Below, in pieces: positions 27,590 to 40,487 of a DNA stretch of 64,000 nt (its first letter is position 1; every line of letters begins with the position of its first letter). The position numbers were made by a program, and so were the translations under genes. The notes below the pieces were generated by a model. The model saw only the letters and a list, made by a program, of their open reading frames with translations, searched no databases and was not told the origin of the DNA. This DNA comes from the human T2T-CHM13v2.0 reference genome, Homo sapiens, in assembly GCF_009914755.1 (NCBI RefSeq), contig NC_060947.1; one strand, given 5' to 3'.

Positions 27590-28676
27590 TGTTGTGGGAA
27601 GTCAGGGACGCCGAATGGAGGGACTGGCTGAAGCCATGGCAGAAGAACATAAATTGTGAAGATTTCATGGACATTTATTAGTTCCCCAAATTAATACTTC
27701 TATACTTTCTTATGCCTGTCTTTACTGCAATCTCTGAACATAAATTGTGAAGATTTCATGGACACTTATCACTTCCCCAATCAATACCCTTGTGATTTCC
27801 TATGCCTGTCTTTAATCTCTTAATCCCATCATCTTCGTAAACTGAGGAGGATGTATGTCACCTCAGGACCCTGTGATGATTGCGTTAACTGCATAAATTG
27901 TTTGTAGAGCATATTGTGTTTGAACAATATGAAATCTGGGCACCTTGAAAAAAGAATAGGATAACAGCAATGTTCAGGGAACAAGAGAGATAACCTTAAA
28001 CTCTGACCGCTGGTAAGCCGGGCGGAACAGAGCCATATTTCTCTTCTTTCAAAAGCAAATGGGAGAAATATCGCTGAATTCTTTTTCTCAGCAAGGAACA
28101 TCCCTGAGAAAGAGAATGCATTCCTGAGGTTAGGCCTCTAAAATGGCTGCTTCAGGGGCAGCCATCTTTTACGATCGAAGCTGTAGGGATGAAATAAGCC
28201 CCAGTCTCCTGTAGCGCTCCCAGGTTTATTAGGACGAGGACATTCTCGCCTAATAAATTTTGGTCAGACTGGTTGTCTGCTCTCAAACCCTGTCTCCTGA
28301 TAAGATGTTATCAATGACAATGCGTGCCCGAAACTTCATTAGCAATTTTAATTTTGCCCCGGTCCTATGGTCCTGTGATCTCGCCCTGCCTCCATTTGCC
28401 TTGTGATATTCTACTACCTTGTGAAGCACATGATCTCTGTGACCCACACCCTATTCGTACACTCCCTCCCCTTTTGAAAATCACTAATAAAAACTTGCTG
28501 GTTTTACAGCTCAGGGGGGCACCACAGAACCTGCCGACACGTGATGTCTACCCCGGACACCCAGCTTTAAAATTTCTCTCTTTTGTACTCTTTCCCTTTA
28601 TTTCTCAGACCAGCCTACACTTAGGGAAAATAGAAGAGAACGTATGTGAAATATCGGGGGTGAATTTCCCCCGATA
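27590..28676 (+). mobile_element. MER11 (B/C-like) solo LTR of HERV-K(HML-8)
   Basis: Starts tgttgtgggaagtcagggac, internal repeat gaacataaattgtgaagatttcatggaca x2, aataaa near 28486, ends ttcccccgata; exact 6-bp TSD cagctc (27584-27589 / 28677-28682). Confidence 0.93.
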
Positions 28677-30229
28677 CAGCTCCATCTAAGTTGCTGCAAA
28701 AAAAATTATTTTGTTCCTTTTTATTGCTGAGTAGTATTTTATGGTGTATACATACCATATTTTCTTTATCCGTTTGTTGGTTGATGGGTCCTTAGGTTGG
28801 TTGCATATCTTTGCAATTGTGAATTGTGCTGGAATAAACATGCCACATGCATGAGTCTTTTTCATATAATGACTTTTCCTTTGGGTAGATATCCAGTAGT
28901 GGGATTACTGAATTGAATGGTAGTTCTACTTTTGGTTCTTTAAGGAATCTTCATATTGTTTTCCATAGTGGTTGTACTAATTTACATTCCCTCCAGCAGT
29001 GTAAAAGTGTTCTCTTTTCACCATGCCAATGTCAGCCTTTATTTTTTTTTACTTTTTAATTATGGCCATTCTTGCAGGAATATGGTGGTATCTCATTGTG
29101 ATTTTAATTTGCATTTCCCTAATGATTACTGATGTTGAGCATTTTTTCATATGTTTATTGGCTGTTTGTATATCTTCTTTTCAGAAATGTCTATTCATGT
29201 AGTTTACCCACTCTTTGATGAGCTTTTTTTTCTGATTTGTTTGAGTTCCTTGTAGATTCTGGATATGAATCCTCTGTCAGATGCATAGTTTGCTAATATT
29301 TTCTCCCACTCTGTGTGCTGTCTGTTTACTCTACTGATTAATTCTTTTGCCATGCAGAAGCTTTTTTAGTTTAATTAGGTTCCATTTATTTATATATTTA
29401 TTTATTTGCATTTACTTTTGGGGTCTTAATCATGAATTCCTTGCCTAAGCTAATGTTCAGGAGAGTTTTTCCAGTGCTATCTTCTAGAATTTTTATGGTT
29501 TCAGGTCTTAGATTTAAGTCTTTGAGGCATCTTGAGTTGATTTTTTTATAAAGTGAGAGATGGGGATCTAGTTTTATTCTTCTAAATGTGACTTGCCAGT
29601 TTTCCCAGCACCATTGGTTTCTATATTAGTTAGGGACCTTTGCTGTAGAGCTGGTGTTATCCTTTGCTCATGTCACTACATTCAGATTCTTTATGGTGCC
29701 AGAATTCTTGTGCTAGTTCTTCCTCATCTAGAGACCCTAGCATTTGTGGGTTGTGTATTTCTTTTCATTCATGTCTAAATTTTTATTTTTATTTTTCTTT
29801 CTCTATTTTTTTCTTTCCCTTCCCATTTGCGCTCCTCCCTGGGGGCTGTGACTCTAGAGAATTCTGGGTAGGGTCTCTTGGGTTTTCTTCTGTAGCCCCA
29901 TGCACTTCTGGAGATGGGTTTTATACTGGGCTGTGCAATTCAACCTACAAGCCAGTAGATGGTGCTTATGGGTAAGAGCCAGTTTTGACCAATGTGGCTG
30001 CATATATACTTGATCACTGTTTACCAGGAGAAGTTCTCTGTTGCCTCAGAGAATGAACTGATTCATGATGTGGACAGTAGTCTGAGCTCCCTCCTCAGCC
30101 CTGGAGAGGTTGGGGGGTAAGATGGACAGGGCAGGAAAAGACTGGGCAGGTCCAACTACAAATTCCAAGATGGCAGGAACAAGCACTGGTGCCAAGGGAC
30201 AATCCAATGACCAGCCACCAAGTACCCAG

Positions 30230-31100
30230 ATGTGTGCCTAATCATGGAGGTGGGAAACCTCCTTGGCCCCAAGTTCTCTGCACAGGAATAGGGGGCAGCC
30301 TAAACTCCTAATCCAGGAGAGTGAGTGCTTCAGAAGCTTGGAGATCTGCCTGGGCATGGAGCAGAAAGGGGCCCCCTGCACCCAGATCTCTTCACAGGAG
30401 GGGTGGGGTGACTCAGGCTACTGAACCAGACAAGCAGGTGTTCTGAATGCTTGGATATCTGCCTGGGTTGAAACAGATAGGGCCCTCCTGCACCCAAATG
30501 TCTGGGCAGGAAAGGTGGGGCAGCTCAGGGGGTCAATCCAGCTGAGCAGACACTTTGAATGCCTGGAGAACTGCCTGGGCATGGAGTGGAGAGGGCCCCA
30601 CTGCACCACTGTCTATGTGCAGGAAGAGTGGGACAGCTCAGGCTGCTGAAAAAGGTGAGTGTGCGCTCTGAATGCCTGAAGGCCTGCCTAGACATAAAGC
30701 AGAAAGGGACACCTCTGCACAGTATCTCTGCACAGGAAGGGTGGGGTGACTCAGGCTACTGTCCATGCAAGCAGGTGCTCCAAGTGCCTGGAGATCTGCC
30801 TACATATAGAGTAGAGAGAGCCCCACTGCACCATGATCTATGCACAAGAAGTGTCGGGTGGCTCAGGATGATCCAGATGAGAGAGTGCTCTGAATACCTA
30901 GAGATCTACCTGGGCATGGAGTAGAGAGGGCTTGTTGTACCACAATCCATGTCCATAATGGGTGAAGCCGCTCAGGCTGCTGTTCCAGGCAATCAGGCAT
31001 TCTGAGTGCCTGAATTTTTGTTTGGGGGTAGGGCAGATAGGGCCTTGTAGCATCATGATCTCAGGGAAGCAGGCTAGGCACCTGGCAATGACACACACAG
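30230..31100 (-). repeat. Diverged ~112-bp tandem array in the L1 5' UTR (~7 units)
   Basis: ggagatctgcctgggcatggag-like motif recurs at 30340, 30453, 30565, 30678, 30790, 30900 and 31012. Confidence 0.85.
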
Positions 31101-31789
31101 GCCAGTTCCAGGTCACCAAGCTGGCCCTGGCTGCAAGTCTCATCATCCAGGAGAAACTGTAGCTGTAGCAGCTCTCCTCCCACTACGGGTCTGCAATGGG
31201 AGATAGTACAATTCCGGTGCCTACTGCTGAGGCACTTTCCATAGTTCTGGTTGTAGAGGCCCCTAACTCATTCAAAAGTAGAGACTCCAATGTCTGGCCT
31301 GAGACTAAAATGCTTGCACAGTCATGCTGCCAGGTCACCAAAGAATGGGTGATTTTGTATGTGCCTGGGTTAAAACTGGGATCCTGCTTTCCATCCCAGG
31401 TTGGGGAAAATGCCTGCAGTTATTACTGGCGTCTTTCCTTCAGAACATCTCCAAGCCTCTCCTCAAACAAGCTCCAGGGTTTAGGAGGAACACTGTGCTC
31501 TCCCTCAGCCTGGGTTTCTCAGATCTCCAGGGGAAAGGTGAGTCACAGAGGGAGGCTCTCTGCCTCTGTTGTGTACTGGGACTTCACTCATTTTACCAGC
31601 CAGGTACTGTCACAGGGCTGTTTGCCCATGTTCTCCTCCCCAGGATCTGAGTTGTCCTTCATGATGCTGGTGGACTCCCATTTTCCCTCCTGAATTAAAG
31701 GTCACATAATTGATCTTTATACACTATCTTGCTATTTTTAGCTGAGCCATGCTAAAAGTGTCTAATCTGCAATCTTCTTTGAGAAAAAC

Positions 31790-33660
31790 AAAATTATACT
31801 TCTAAATACCATGATGAAACTGTTATTTCTAGGCTTTTTGTTTTAAAAAATTATACGTCAACTTTATTCAATGGAAGACAAAAAGATTTACATTCTTCAC
31901 ACTCTCTAATCACGTGTGAACACATATGCATGTATGAACCTATGCACACACATACACACTCACATACACTCTTCTCCTTCCCTGTTCTTTTAATAGATTT
32001 CTTGGTTAAAAAAATAATTAAAAAAAACCTTTCATTGTTTATATTACTATAAACAAGTATATAGTAATAGAATTTTGCATTTCCTTTTCTGTTATCTCTA
32101 GATTTAATACTTGCATTTATTTATTTGCAAGTTTTCCTACATACTTTTATCTAACTTATCTCCAAACTCTCCACCAGAGATGTAATTCTTTCAATTCTTT
32201 TAGCTCATTATATAACCTATACATTTAATTACTTTTCTTGAAGGCAGTTTTTCAAGAATCTTTCATCCTCTGCTTCACTTTGGGCGGGAGGTTCAGTAAG
32301 TCTATTGCATAACCGTCTTTTATATCTCCCTTAAACATAATTCTAGGAATACCCATTCTTATTTTCTGTGTTGGATTTTTTATATCTTATGTTTTACTCT
32401 TTTTAGATAATTCTCTGTTTTGGAGGAGGATCACAATCTCTAGCAGATTCCTGAGAAGAGTATACGGGAGCCAAAAATTTGATACCTTGCATATCTGAGC
32501 ACGCTTTTCTTCTATTCTAACATTTGATAAATAGGTTGGGTATAAAATTCAAGTTACTTTTTTTTAATCCCTCAAAATTTTGAAGGCATTGGCCTGTTAT
32601 TATATCATAACTTGAAATGTTTCTATACACAAGTCTCAAAGTTACTTTCTAAAGCTTCTGTTAAATTTTTAATTTCTGTTGTCACATTTTGTGTATTTCA
32701 AGAACTCCTTTGAATCATCTTAATTTTTCCTTCTTATAGCCTTCTGTTCTTTTTTCCTATACTTGTAAGGATAGCAATAATGCTTTTTAAATGAGTATTT
32801 TTCCCATGCTCTACATTGTCTCTCTTTTTTTTATACATTTCTGTTACCTATTGTATTGTTTTGTTCTGTGTTTCTTGCTATAGGTTTTCCTCAAATATCT
32901 AGTGACTATGGCTCTACACTCATATTTAAGAGTGAGTGCATAAAATACTTATCAGAAACTTTGTGCATAGATGATGCTTTAATGAATTAATAAATGGTTG
33001 GCTTCATGTATGACAATAGGATTGAGATATTTCTTTTGGGAATTCCCAAGAGTTAGCAACTGTATATCTCTTCTCTTAGGTTATTGAGTTTCTCCACAGC
33101 ATAATCTTCTAATTCCTGTCCTGGACTGCATAAGCCTGTCTGCCAGAATTCTTGGGTCTTAATGGCGAAAAAGACTTGTGTCCTCATCATTTTTACCAAA
33201 TTCCTCTGTAATCGGTGTGTTTGCATTCTGCTGTACTGGGAATTCTCAAGTCCTGAGTCTCTCCAGTTCATCTTGAGAGCAAGCCTTCATTCTTCTTACA
33301 GTTTAGAAGAGGCAATCCTTCAAATATGTGGAGTACGGAGGGCACCTGGGATCTATAGCCAATCCTCCTCCCACATTAAATGTTGTTATTCCAATTCTTG
33401 AGCATTTCTGTGGTTCTGTGGTCACACATTGGCTTTCTCCTGAATTGCTTTCATGCTACCCCATCACTTCCTGGCTTAAGTTTCAGCCTTCTCCGGTTTG
33501 CTAAATCATATGACTACCAGATTCAAAAATTTTGCTGTTACCACCTTCTTTTCTGTTCTCATTTCCTAAGTGGTTTATGTCCTGTATGGTCTTTCGTCCC
33601 AGCCATTTTAGTGAGGTGTGAGAAGGAAGCAGAGGTAAGTAGTTGACTACAATCCAGAAA
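31790..33660 (-). mobile_element. Very old L1M/L1ME 5'/ORF1 region remnant
   Basis: T-rich sequence with residual ORF1 antisense motifs (ccttgcatatctgag, gggtataaaattc, ttttgaaggcattg). Confidence 0.5.
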
Positions 33661-34567
33661 TATTTACACCAGAGACTCCAGGGTTTTTTTTTTTTTAAGT
33701 AATTTTCTGCAGATTTCAGTATTTTATAGAAAATAATTTTCATCATGATACAAAAAACAAATATTTTCAAATTTGGTAGAAGTTGGCCCATATATTGTTT
33801 ACAGAAATAGTTTGCTCTTCTTTGAACTTAATCTCTAATTTCATTTAGCCCAGGAAAATTACCTACTTTATCATAAAGTATCAGTTTCTATATCTATTAA
33901 TGATTCAATGAGGACAGCACACCTAGTTTCAACTATCGAGCCTGTCAAAATAATTAGAATATGTTTTTGGTACTTAAAAATGCTACAGATCTTATTTCAA
34001 AAAAATAAATAAAGTTTACATGACAATTTCTTTGAACCGTATCTTGAATGTAAATGTTAATTTGATAGTTATTCATGTAAAACTACCAACTAAAAGTGTA
34101 CGAAAGGGGTAGTATATTATTCTGTAACTGAAAATAGGGATGGGACCAAAAGTATGCTAGGTCCCTTCCAATAAAATGTTTTTCCTTACATCTTAAATGA
34201 ATTGAGATATACAATACATCTAGAACATTGTACGAATTCAAAAACTATTGGTACCCCCATGCGTTTCTTTTTTCATTATTTACATTTGCTTACTGCCAAC
34301 ATTGCATTACACATTGTGCATATAGTGAATAAAAAATATTTTATTTTACTTATTCTTACCATCTGTTGTGTTCAAAATCACTTGAGCTTTATTAATTCAT
34401 CACAAGTGATTTAAATATGTAAACCAGTTTATCTTCTGAAATATCTTAAGATAAAAATTGAGTAGCAACCTATTACGTCATTTGTTCAAACATATCTCTC
34501 AAACAGTTTTTGCAAAAAATCTGTCTGTCAGGGTCAACATTGATTTAAAGAGAAATGTGCAACTTAC

Positions 34568-34803
34568 CTTTCATCTTCATGCTGTATTCAAGTAAGAGGA
34601 GGGCTATATTAGCTAATGTATCCAACAGAGCAAAATATTGTATAAAATTCACATCACCACATTTCCCACTATGCATTGTCATAGTCCATTTATGGTAAAT
34701 TGAACAAAATTATTCAATATTTAAAACTGACTACCATCACTTTTTAAAATAGTAAAATAATTTGGAAATGATGCGTTAATAGAGAACTCCATTTGGTTTC
34801 ATG
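34568..34803 (-). pseudogene. Candidate fossil exon, up to 236 nt
   Basis: attttatatttacag| and consensus donor AAG|gtaagt. The last 47 codons are open (...GKCGDVNFIQYFALLDTLANIALLLLEYSMKMK); the 5' part has several stops. Confidence 0.5.
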
Positions 34804-35779
34804 CTGTAAATATAAAATATTCACATACACTCAATACATATACTAAAAACACATACAGCCAAAATACATAACAAACATAGTAAGCCTTCTAATGCTACAA
34901 GATAGTCCTTGAACGTTATTAAACTCTATAGTTGAAACAAATAAATGGCCATTCTAAGTTATGATGGTGATATCTGATTTGCATTACTCTATCTTCCCAT
35001 TTGAATTCCTGTGAAAACACAGAGCATGGTGTAGAATTTAAACAGCCCTAAGAATTACTTTTAGTAGATGAGCAGGACTAAGAGGCAAAAGCTCTTAGTA
35101 TCTTAAGATGTTAAACATCTGTAAAAGTGGCATGGCCAAATAAGCATAGACAAGAAAAGACGGTTTACTCTCATTCTATATTGCCACATTAGTGACTCAA
35201 AGATGGGAATATAGACTAGAAACTGTGTTGGCCACTCTCTACCATTCTATTAGCTTTTAAAGTTAGTGATGTTACCCCTAGAAGGCCCCCTTAAGTACTT
35301 CTTGCTAAGTTCCTTAAGGAAACTATAGTTTTTTGTAATGCAATCGTCCAGTGGATGAAAGGGAATAATCAGTAACTAAAATTCTTTTCAAAAAGTTTCT
35401 AATATATGAGTCAAGAATATATGAATATTTTTAAAAGTACCCCATAACTGAAAATAAGAACTCAAGGATAGGTTTGTTTTAGTCATTCATAGTAATTAAA
35501 CTTATAAAGACATATTTATATACTTATTAATTACAAGAAATAAAGTGATACATAAATGAATAATAAAATAATGAAATAATTATGTAATAATGGTAATTTA
35601 AATCTATAATCATAAATTATATTGGCATACATTGGCAAGTGCTGAGAGAATGTAGTAAAAATGCTAAATATTTCAACTTACATAAGAATAAATCAAATGT
35701 AATGTTCACCAATTTTATAATTATAAAAATATTGTTACAAATATAATTGTAAAATTTTGTAAAACAGAAAAAAGTAAAA

Positions 35780-36440
35780 GTAAGAAGTATTAAATTGGCC
35801 ATTTTCTTAAGATAATACCAATATTTTTTTAAGAGGATGAAATATCAAAAGTATTCTGATACATTGTTTGTGGAACATAAATTGGTATAGGCTCACTGGA
35901 AAGAAATTTAACAACATGATTAAATAGGCATAACAATCACTGTGTTGATTAACTCATTAATTCTACATCCCAGAAAATTTACTATGAGTTCAAAAGTCAG
36001 AGCAATCACCTAGGATATATGTGCAATAATGTTCAATACAGCATTATTTATAATAAGATATAAATGATCAAATAAAAACAATTTAAATGTGAAACAAAAA
36101 AGAACCAGATGTAAAAACTATACTATGTGTTTGTACTATAATATATTGTTTACATTAAAATTATTTTTCAAAAAATATCTAATGCCAAGGAAATTTTTAT
36201 GATATGATTTTAAATTAAAAATAGATTACATATGATGTGACCTCAATTTATTGAAAGAAAAAAATGTATATAGAAAAAATAATGAACAAAATGGGAAAGA
36301 GATACATTAAAGTATTATTAAATCTTACTAATATGTGGTGGTTTTACAGGTGGTTTTCATTTTCTCCCTTATAACATTTTGTACATTGCAAATTATCTGT
36401 AAGTGAATATCTATTACCTTTAAAATCAGAAGAAATAAGC
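35780..36440 (+). mobile_element. L1ME-type 3' fragment
   Basis: aaattggtataggctcactggaaagaaattta..., aatgttcaatacagcattatttataata, ttattaaatcttac...ggtggttttcattttctcc. Confidence 0.6.
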
Positions 36441-37014
36441 TAAGTGGCCACAAACACTGATCTTTTATTAAAGATATATTACATGTATTCCAATGTTTCC
36501 TTGAAGCTAGTCCAACTGAAATAATCTAAAATCCACAAATGAGTATTTTCACATATTATTGCATTACAAATGGTGACAACCATTCATCTTTATTAATTTT
36601 GTCACACTTAAAAAATAGAATCTCTAGGTGTCTTTCTACTGCTCTTATCTTATTCTGGCCCATCTTCTGTTTGTTATAAGTCAAGTGGCAGGTGCTCTCT
36701 CATCAACAAAGCATTGCTTCTGAGATTGTAGGGGGAGGGAGACCAATAAATAAGGGTCATTAAATTTTCTTCGTAGGTTGTAGTAGCATATTTTCTTGAA
36801 ATAAAACAGACTAGACTAGACAAGAGTAGAATAAAATATAAAGTTGAGTATAAAAGAGCAGAATGGAATAGAATAGAACAGGATATATCAGTAAGGGAAT
36901 TATTGTTGCCAAAATCTTTTATTTTAGCTATATATGTGCTGATGTACTGAGTCTTGAGTTCAGATTTATGTTTGCACATGGGTCATGATTTTTTAAACAT
37001 GGAGAAATGAGTTC

Positions 37015-37237
37015 TGTAGGATGAATATGGTTAACTGTAATTTATTGTATATTTTCAAAAAGCTAGAAGATAGGATTTTGAATATCCACAACATAAAGAA
37101 ATGATAAATGTTTCAGGTGATACATATGCTAATTATCCCAATTGATCATTACACATTGTATACATGTATCAAAATATCACTCTGTATCCCACAAATGTGT
37201 ATAATTATTAGGTGTAAACTAAATTTAAAAGGAAAAA
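37015..37237 (+). mobile_element. L1MA 3' end fragment
   Basis: ttcaaaagctagaagataggattttgaa...gatcattacacattgtatacatgtatcaaaatatcac. Confidence 0.8.
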
Positions 37238-37739
37238 GTATATGTGAAAAAAAATGCTTGAAAGCCACTATACCAAACAGTAATTTAAAAGCAGAAAAGA
37301 TATTTTGCTAAACCTAACTAAAGTGTTCTTGCTACTTCTGCCATAAAATAAAAAAGATGTGGCCATTAAATATTTGCTTGAGTATCAAGAAATATGGTAT
37401 TTCATTTCTTCCCTGTAGCTCACATTTCTATAGGAAAACAAACATGACTGAGGATTCCAGAACTGGACCTTCAAAAAAATGTGTGCTGCACACCACATTT
37501 TATTGATCTCTTATTTAAAACTCCCCCACCAGCCAATGCCTTCATCTGCAAACCAACTACAGTAACAGGCTTGGATTCAGCAAAATAGGAAATTTACAAA
37601 TGTACACTGACTTTGAGAACATATACATGGCAAATTGAGAATTCAGCCCACCAGAAGTAAACTATAAATGCAAACATTCCCAACAGCAACTTTCAAATAA
37701 ATAGGCTGCAAATTGGAAACATGAACACAGCAAACTTAT

Positions 37740-37889
37740 GGACCTCAGATTGCAAATCACAGCAGCAATTCCCTGAAAATAAGGCAGTCCTCTTTTCTTT
37801 TGTATAGCATGTTACATATCTTTTATTTTCAGAATCCTGGAGAACTGAATAATGTTTATAGAACCTTGGGGGAGACAGTTTTCATAGAT
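37740..37889 (-). pseudogene. Candidate fossil exon, 150 nt (or to 37627 if a later donor was used)
   Basis: Strong acceptor (T)13aaattccag|. Phase-0 frame IYENCLPQGSINIIQFSRILKIKDM*HAIQKKRGLPYFQGIAAVICNLRS, followed by ataagttt (a decayed gtaagt). Confidence 0.5.
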
Positions 37890-37959
37890 CTGGAATTTAA
37901 AAAAAAAAAAAGCTATATTTGTGACGTTTTTGTGAATAGGTTTACATTTAGTTACCTAC

Positions 37960-37996
37960 CTCCTCTAGGCAGTTCTCCTTATACTCTTCTGTACCC
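37960..37996 (-). pseudogene. Candidate fossil exon, 37 nt
   Basis: cctcaag|...GAG|gtaggt; phase 2 to 0, open: GTEEYKENCLEE; 70-nt intron to the next candidate. Confidence 0.45.
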
Positions 37997-38055
37997 CTTG
38001 AGGTCATTCACATGAGTGTGGAAGAGAAAATAAAAATTAGAAAGAAAAAAAAGCT

Positions 38056-38620
<565 letters not shown>

Positions 38621-38708
38621 GTGTTCTAAATTGTCTAACTAGACCACAGAAGAACATGGAAGAAACTATACCATGGTCACAGGCTTCTGCCTCATCCAAC
38701 ATTCTCAC

Positions 38709-39004
38709 TATTTCAATCTTCCAAATAAAAAGGACAACTTTACTGAAACTGCAAAATGTTTCATTGTGTCATTCCCAACTTTCATCTTTTCCGGTTTGTT
38801 TCCAAATGATTTTATAATTCAAATTTTCTCTTTACTTGTTGCATTCTTTTCTTATTTTGTTATGTAATGTCTATAATATCATCTATGTTCTGCAATTATG
38901 TCTCCATTCCTTTGCACTTCTCATTGTCTCAGTAAGACTTTTCTTTCTTTGTTTGGCTTTCCTTTAAGATAATAAGAATGTGACTATGAACTCATCTTAC
39001 ATCC
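38709..39004 (-). pseudogene. Candidate fossil exon (purine-rich, coiled-coil-like)
   Basis: Very strong acceptor ttttagcacttttatctctttaacag|; donors at 38744 (gtaaag) or 38709 (gtgaga). Phase-2 entry DVR*VHSHILIILKESQTKKEKSY*..., but 7 stops in 86 codons, so coding evidence is weak. Confidence 0.35.
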
Positions 39005-39084
39005 CTGTTAAAGAGATAAAAGTGCTAAAAGTGACAGAGGGGAAAAAAGCATCCCATGAAGAAATAATTGCACATAGAAAGAGC

Positions 39085-39550
39085 CTGTTTCAATTATCTA
39101 TTGCTGTGTAACTAACCACTCCAAAATTTAGGGGATTAAACAGCAAGCTAGAACCTCACTGATTCTGTAAGTCAGGAATTCTGGCAAGGCCCAGTTGGAC
39201 AAATTTTCTGTTTTTTATTGGCCTCAATCAAAATTATTCATGTACTCAGATGGCAGAAAGACTGGCCTAAAGGATCCAAGATGGCACCACTCACATGCCT
39301 GGTACCTTGGCAGAAATAGCTATAAAGCGAAACTCAACAGGCACTTTCAACCCAAGTGCCTACACATGACATCTGCATGTGGCTTAGGCTACATAACACG
39401 GGATCTTACAGTAGTCAGATCTCCTACATTACAGCTTGGGACTCTTAAGTGCAAGTGTTCCAGCAAACAAAGCAAAAGCCTCATTACCTTTTATGACCTA
39501 TCCTCAGAAGTCAGGCAGCACCACTTCCACTACACTCTATTGGTTGTTTA
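39085..39550. mobile_element. Old MLT1-type MaLR LTR
   Basis: ttatctattgctgtgtaactaaccactccaaaattt...gtcaggaattctggcaaggc...cctcagaagtc...cacttccactacactctattggtt. Confidence 0.7.
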
Positions 39551-40487
39551 GAGCTGCAGAAAATTCAGCCATAATTGATAATACTCAAATAAAAGAAGAA
39601 GAAAAAATCTCACATGTGGTTGATTGAAACAAAACAATAGAGTGTGACAAAAGTAAATCACATTTAATGAAATAATTTCTACATTTAATTAACCATATTC
39701 TAAACTACAGAATCTCTATACAGGCAGTGTGATGTAATGTAAAGCTTTGTAATTAAAGGCAGAATATAATTTCATGTTCTGTCTGCACATCAGGCAAGTC
39801 ATAACTTCTGGGACCCTCCTCCCAGGCCCACGGAGCCTTGCTCATTGTTAGCACAGCAGTCTGAGATCAAACTGCAAGGCGGCAGTGAGGCTGGGGGAGG
39901 GGCGCTCACCATTGCTGAGGCTTGAGTAGGTAAACAAAGTGACCAGGAAGCTGGAACTGGGTGGAGCCCACCGCAGCTGAAGGAGACTTGTATGCCTTTG
40001 TAGACTCCACCTCTGGGGGCAGGGCATAGCCGAACAAAAGGCAGCAGAAACCTCTGCAGACTTAAATGTCCCTGTCTGACAGCTTTGAAGAGAGTAGTGG
40101 TTCTCCCAGCATGCAGCTTGAGATCTGAGAATGGACAGACTGTCTCCTCAAGTGGGTACCTGACCCTCGAGTAGCCTAACTGGGAGGCACTCCCCAGCAG
40201 GGGCAGACTGACACCTCACATGGCCGGGTACCCCTCTGAGAGGAAACTTCCAGAGGAACAATCAGGCAGCAACAATCGCTGTTCAGCAATATTCGCTGTT
40301 CTGCAGCCTCTGCTGCTGATACCCAGGCAAACAGGGTCTGGAGTGGACCTCCAGCAAACTCCAACAGACCTGCAGCTGAGGGTCCTGACTGTTAGAAGCA
40401 AAACTAACAAATAGAAAGGACATCCACACCAAAACCCCATCTGTATGTCACCATCATCAAAGACCAAAGGTAGATAAAACCACAAAG

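Noticed and set aside
30230-31100. Regularly spaced repeats as a CRISPR-like array
   Set aside because: Whole units are homologous with no unique spacers, in a eukaryotic L1 context.
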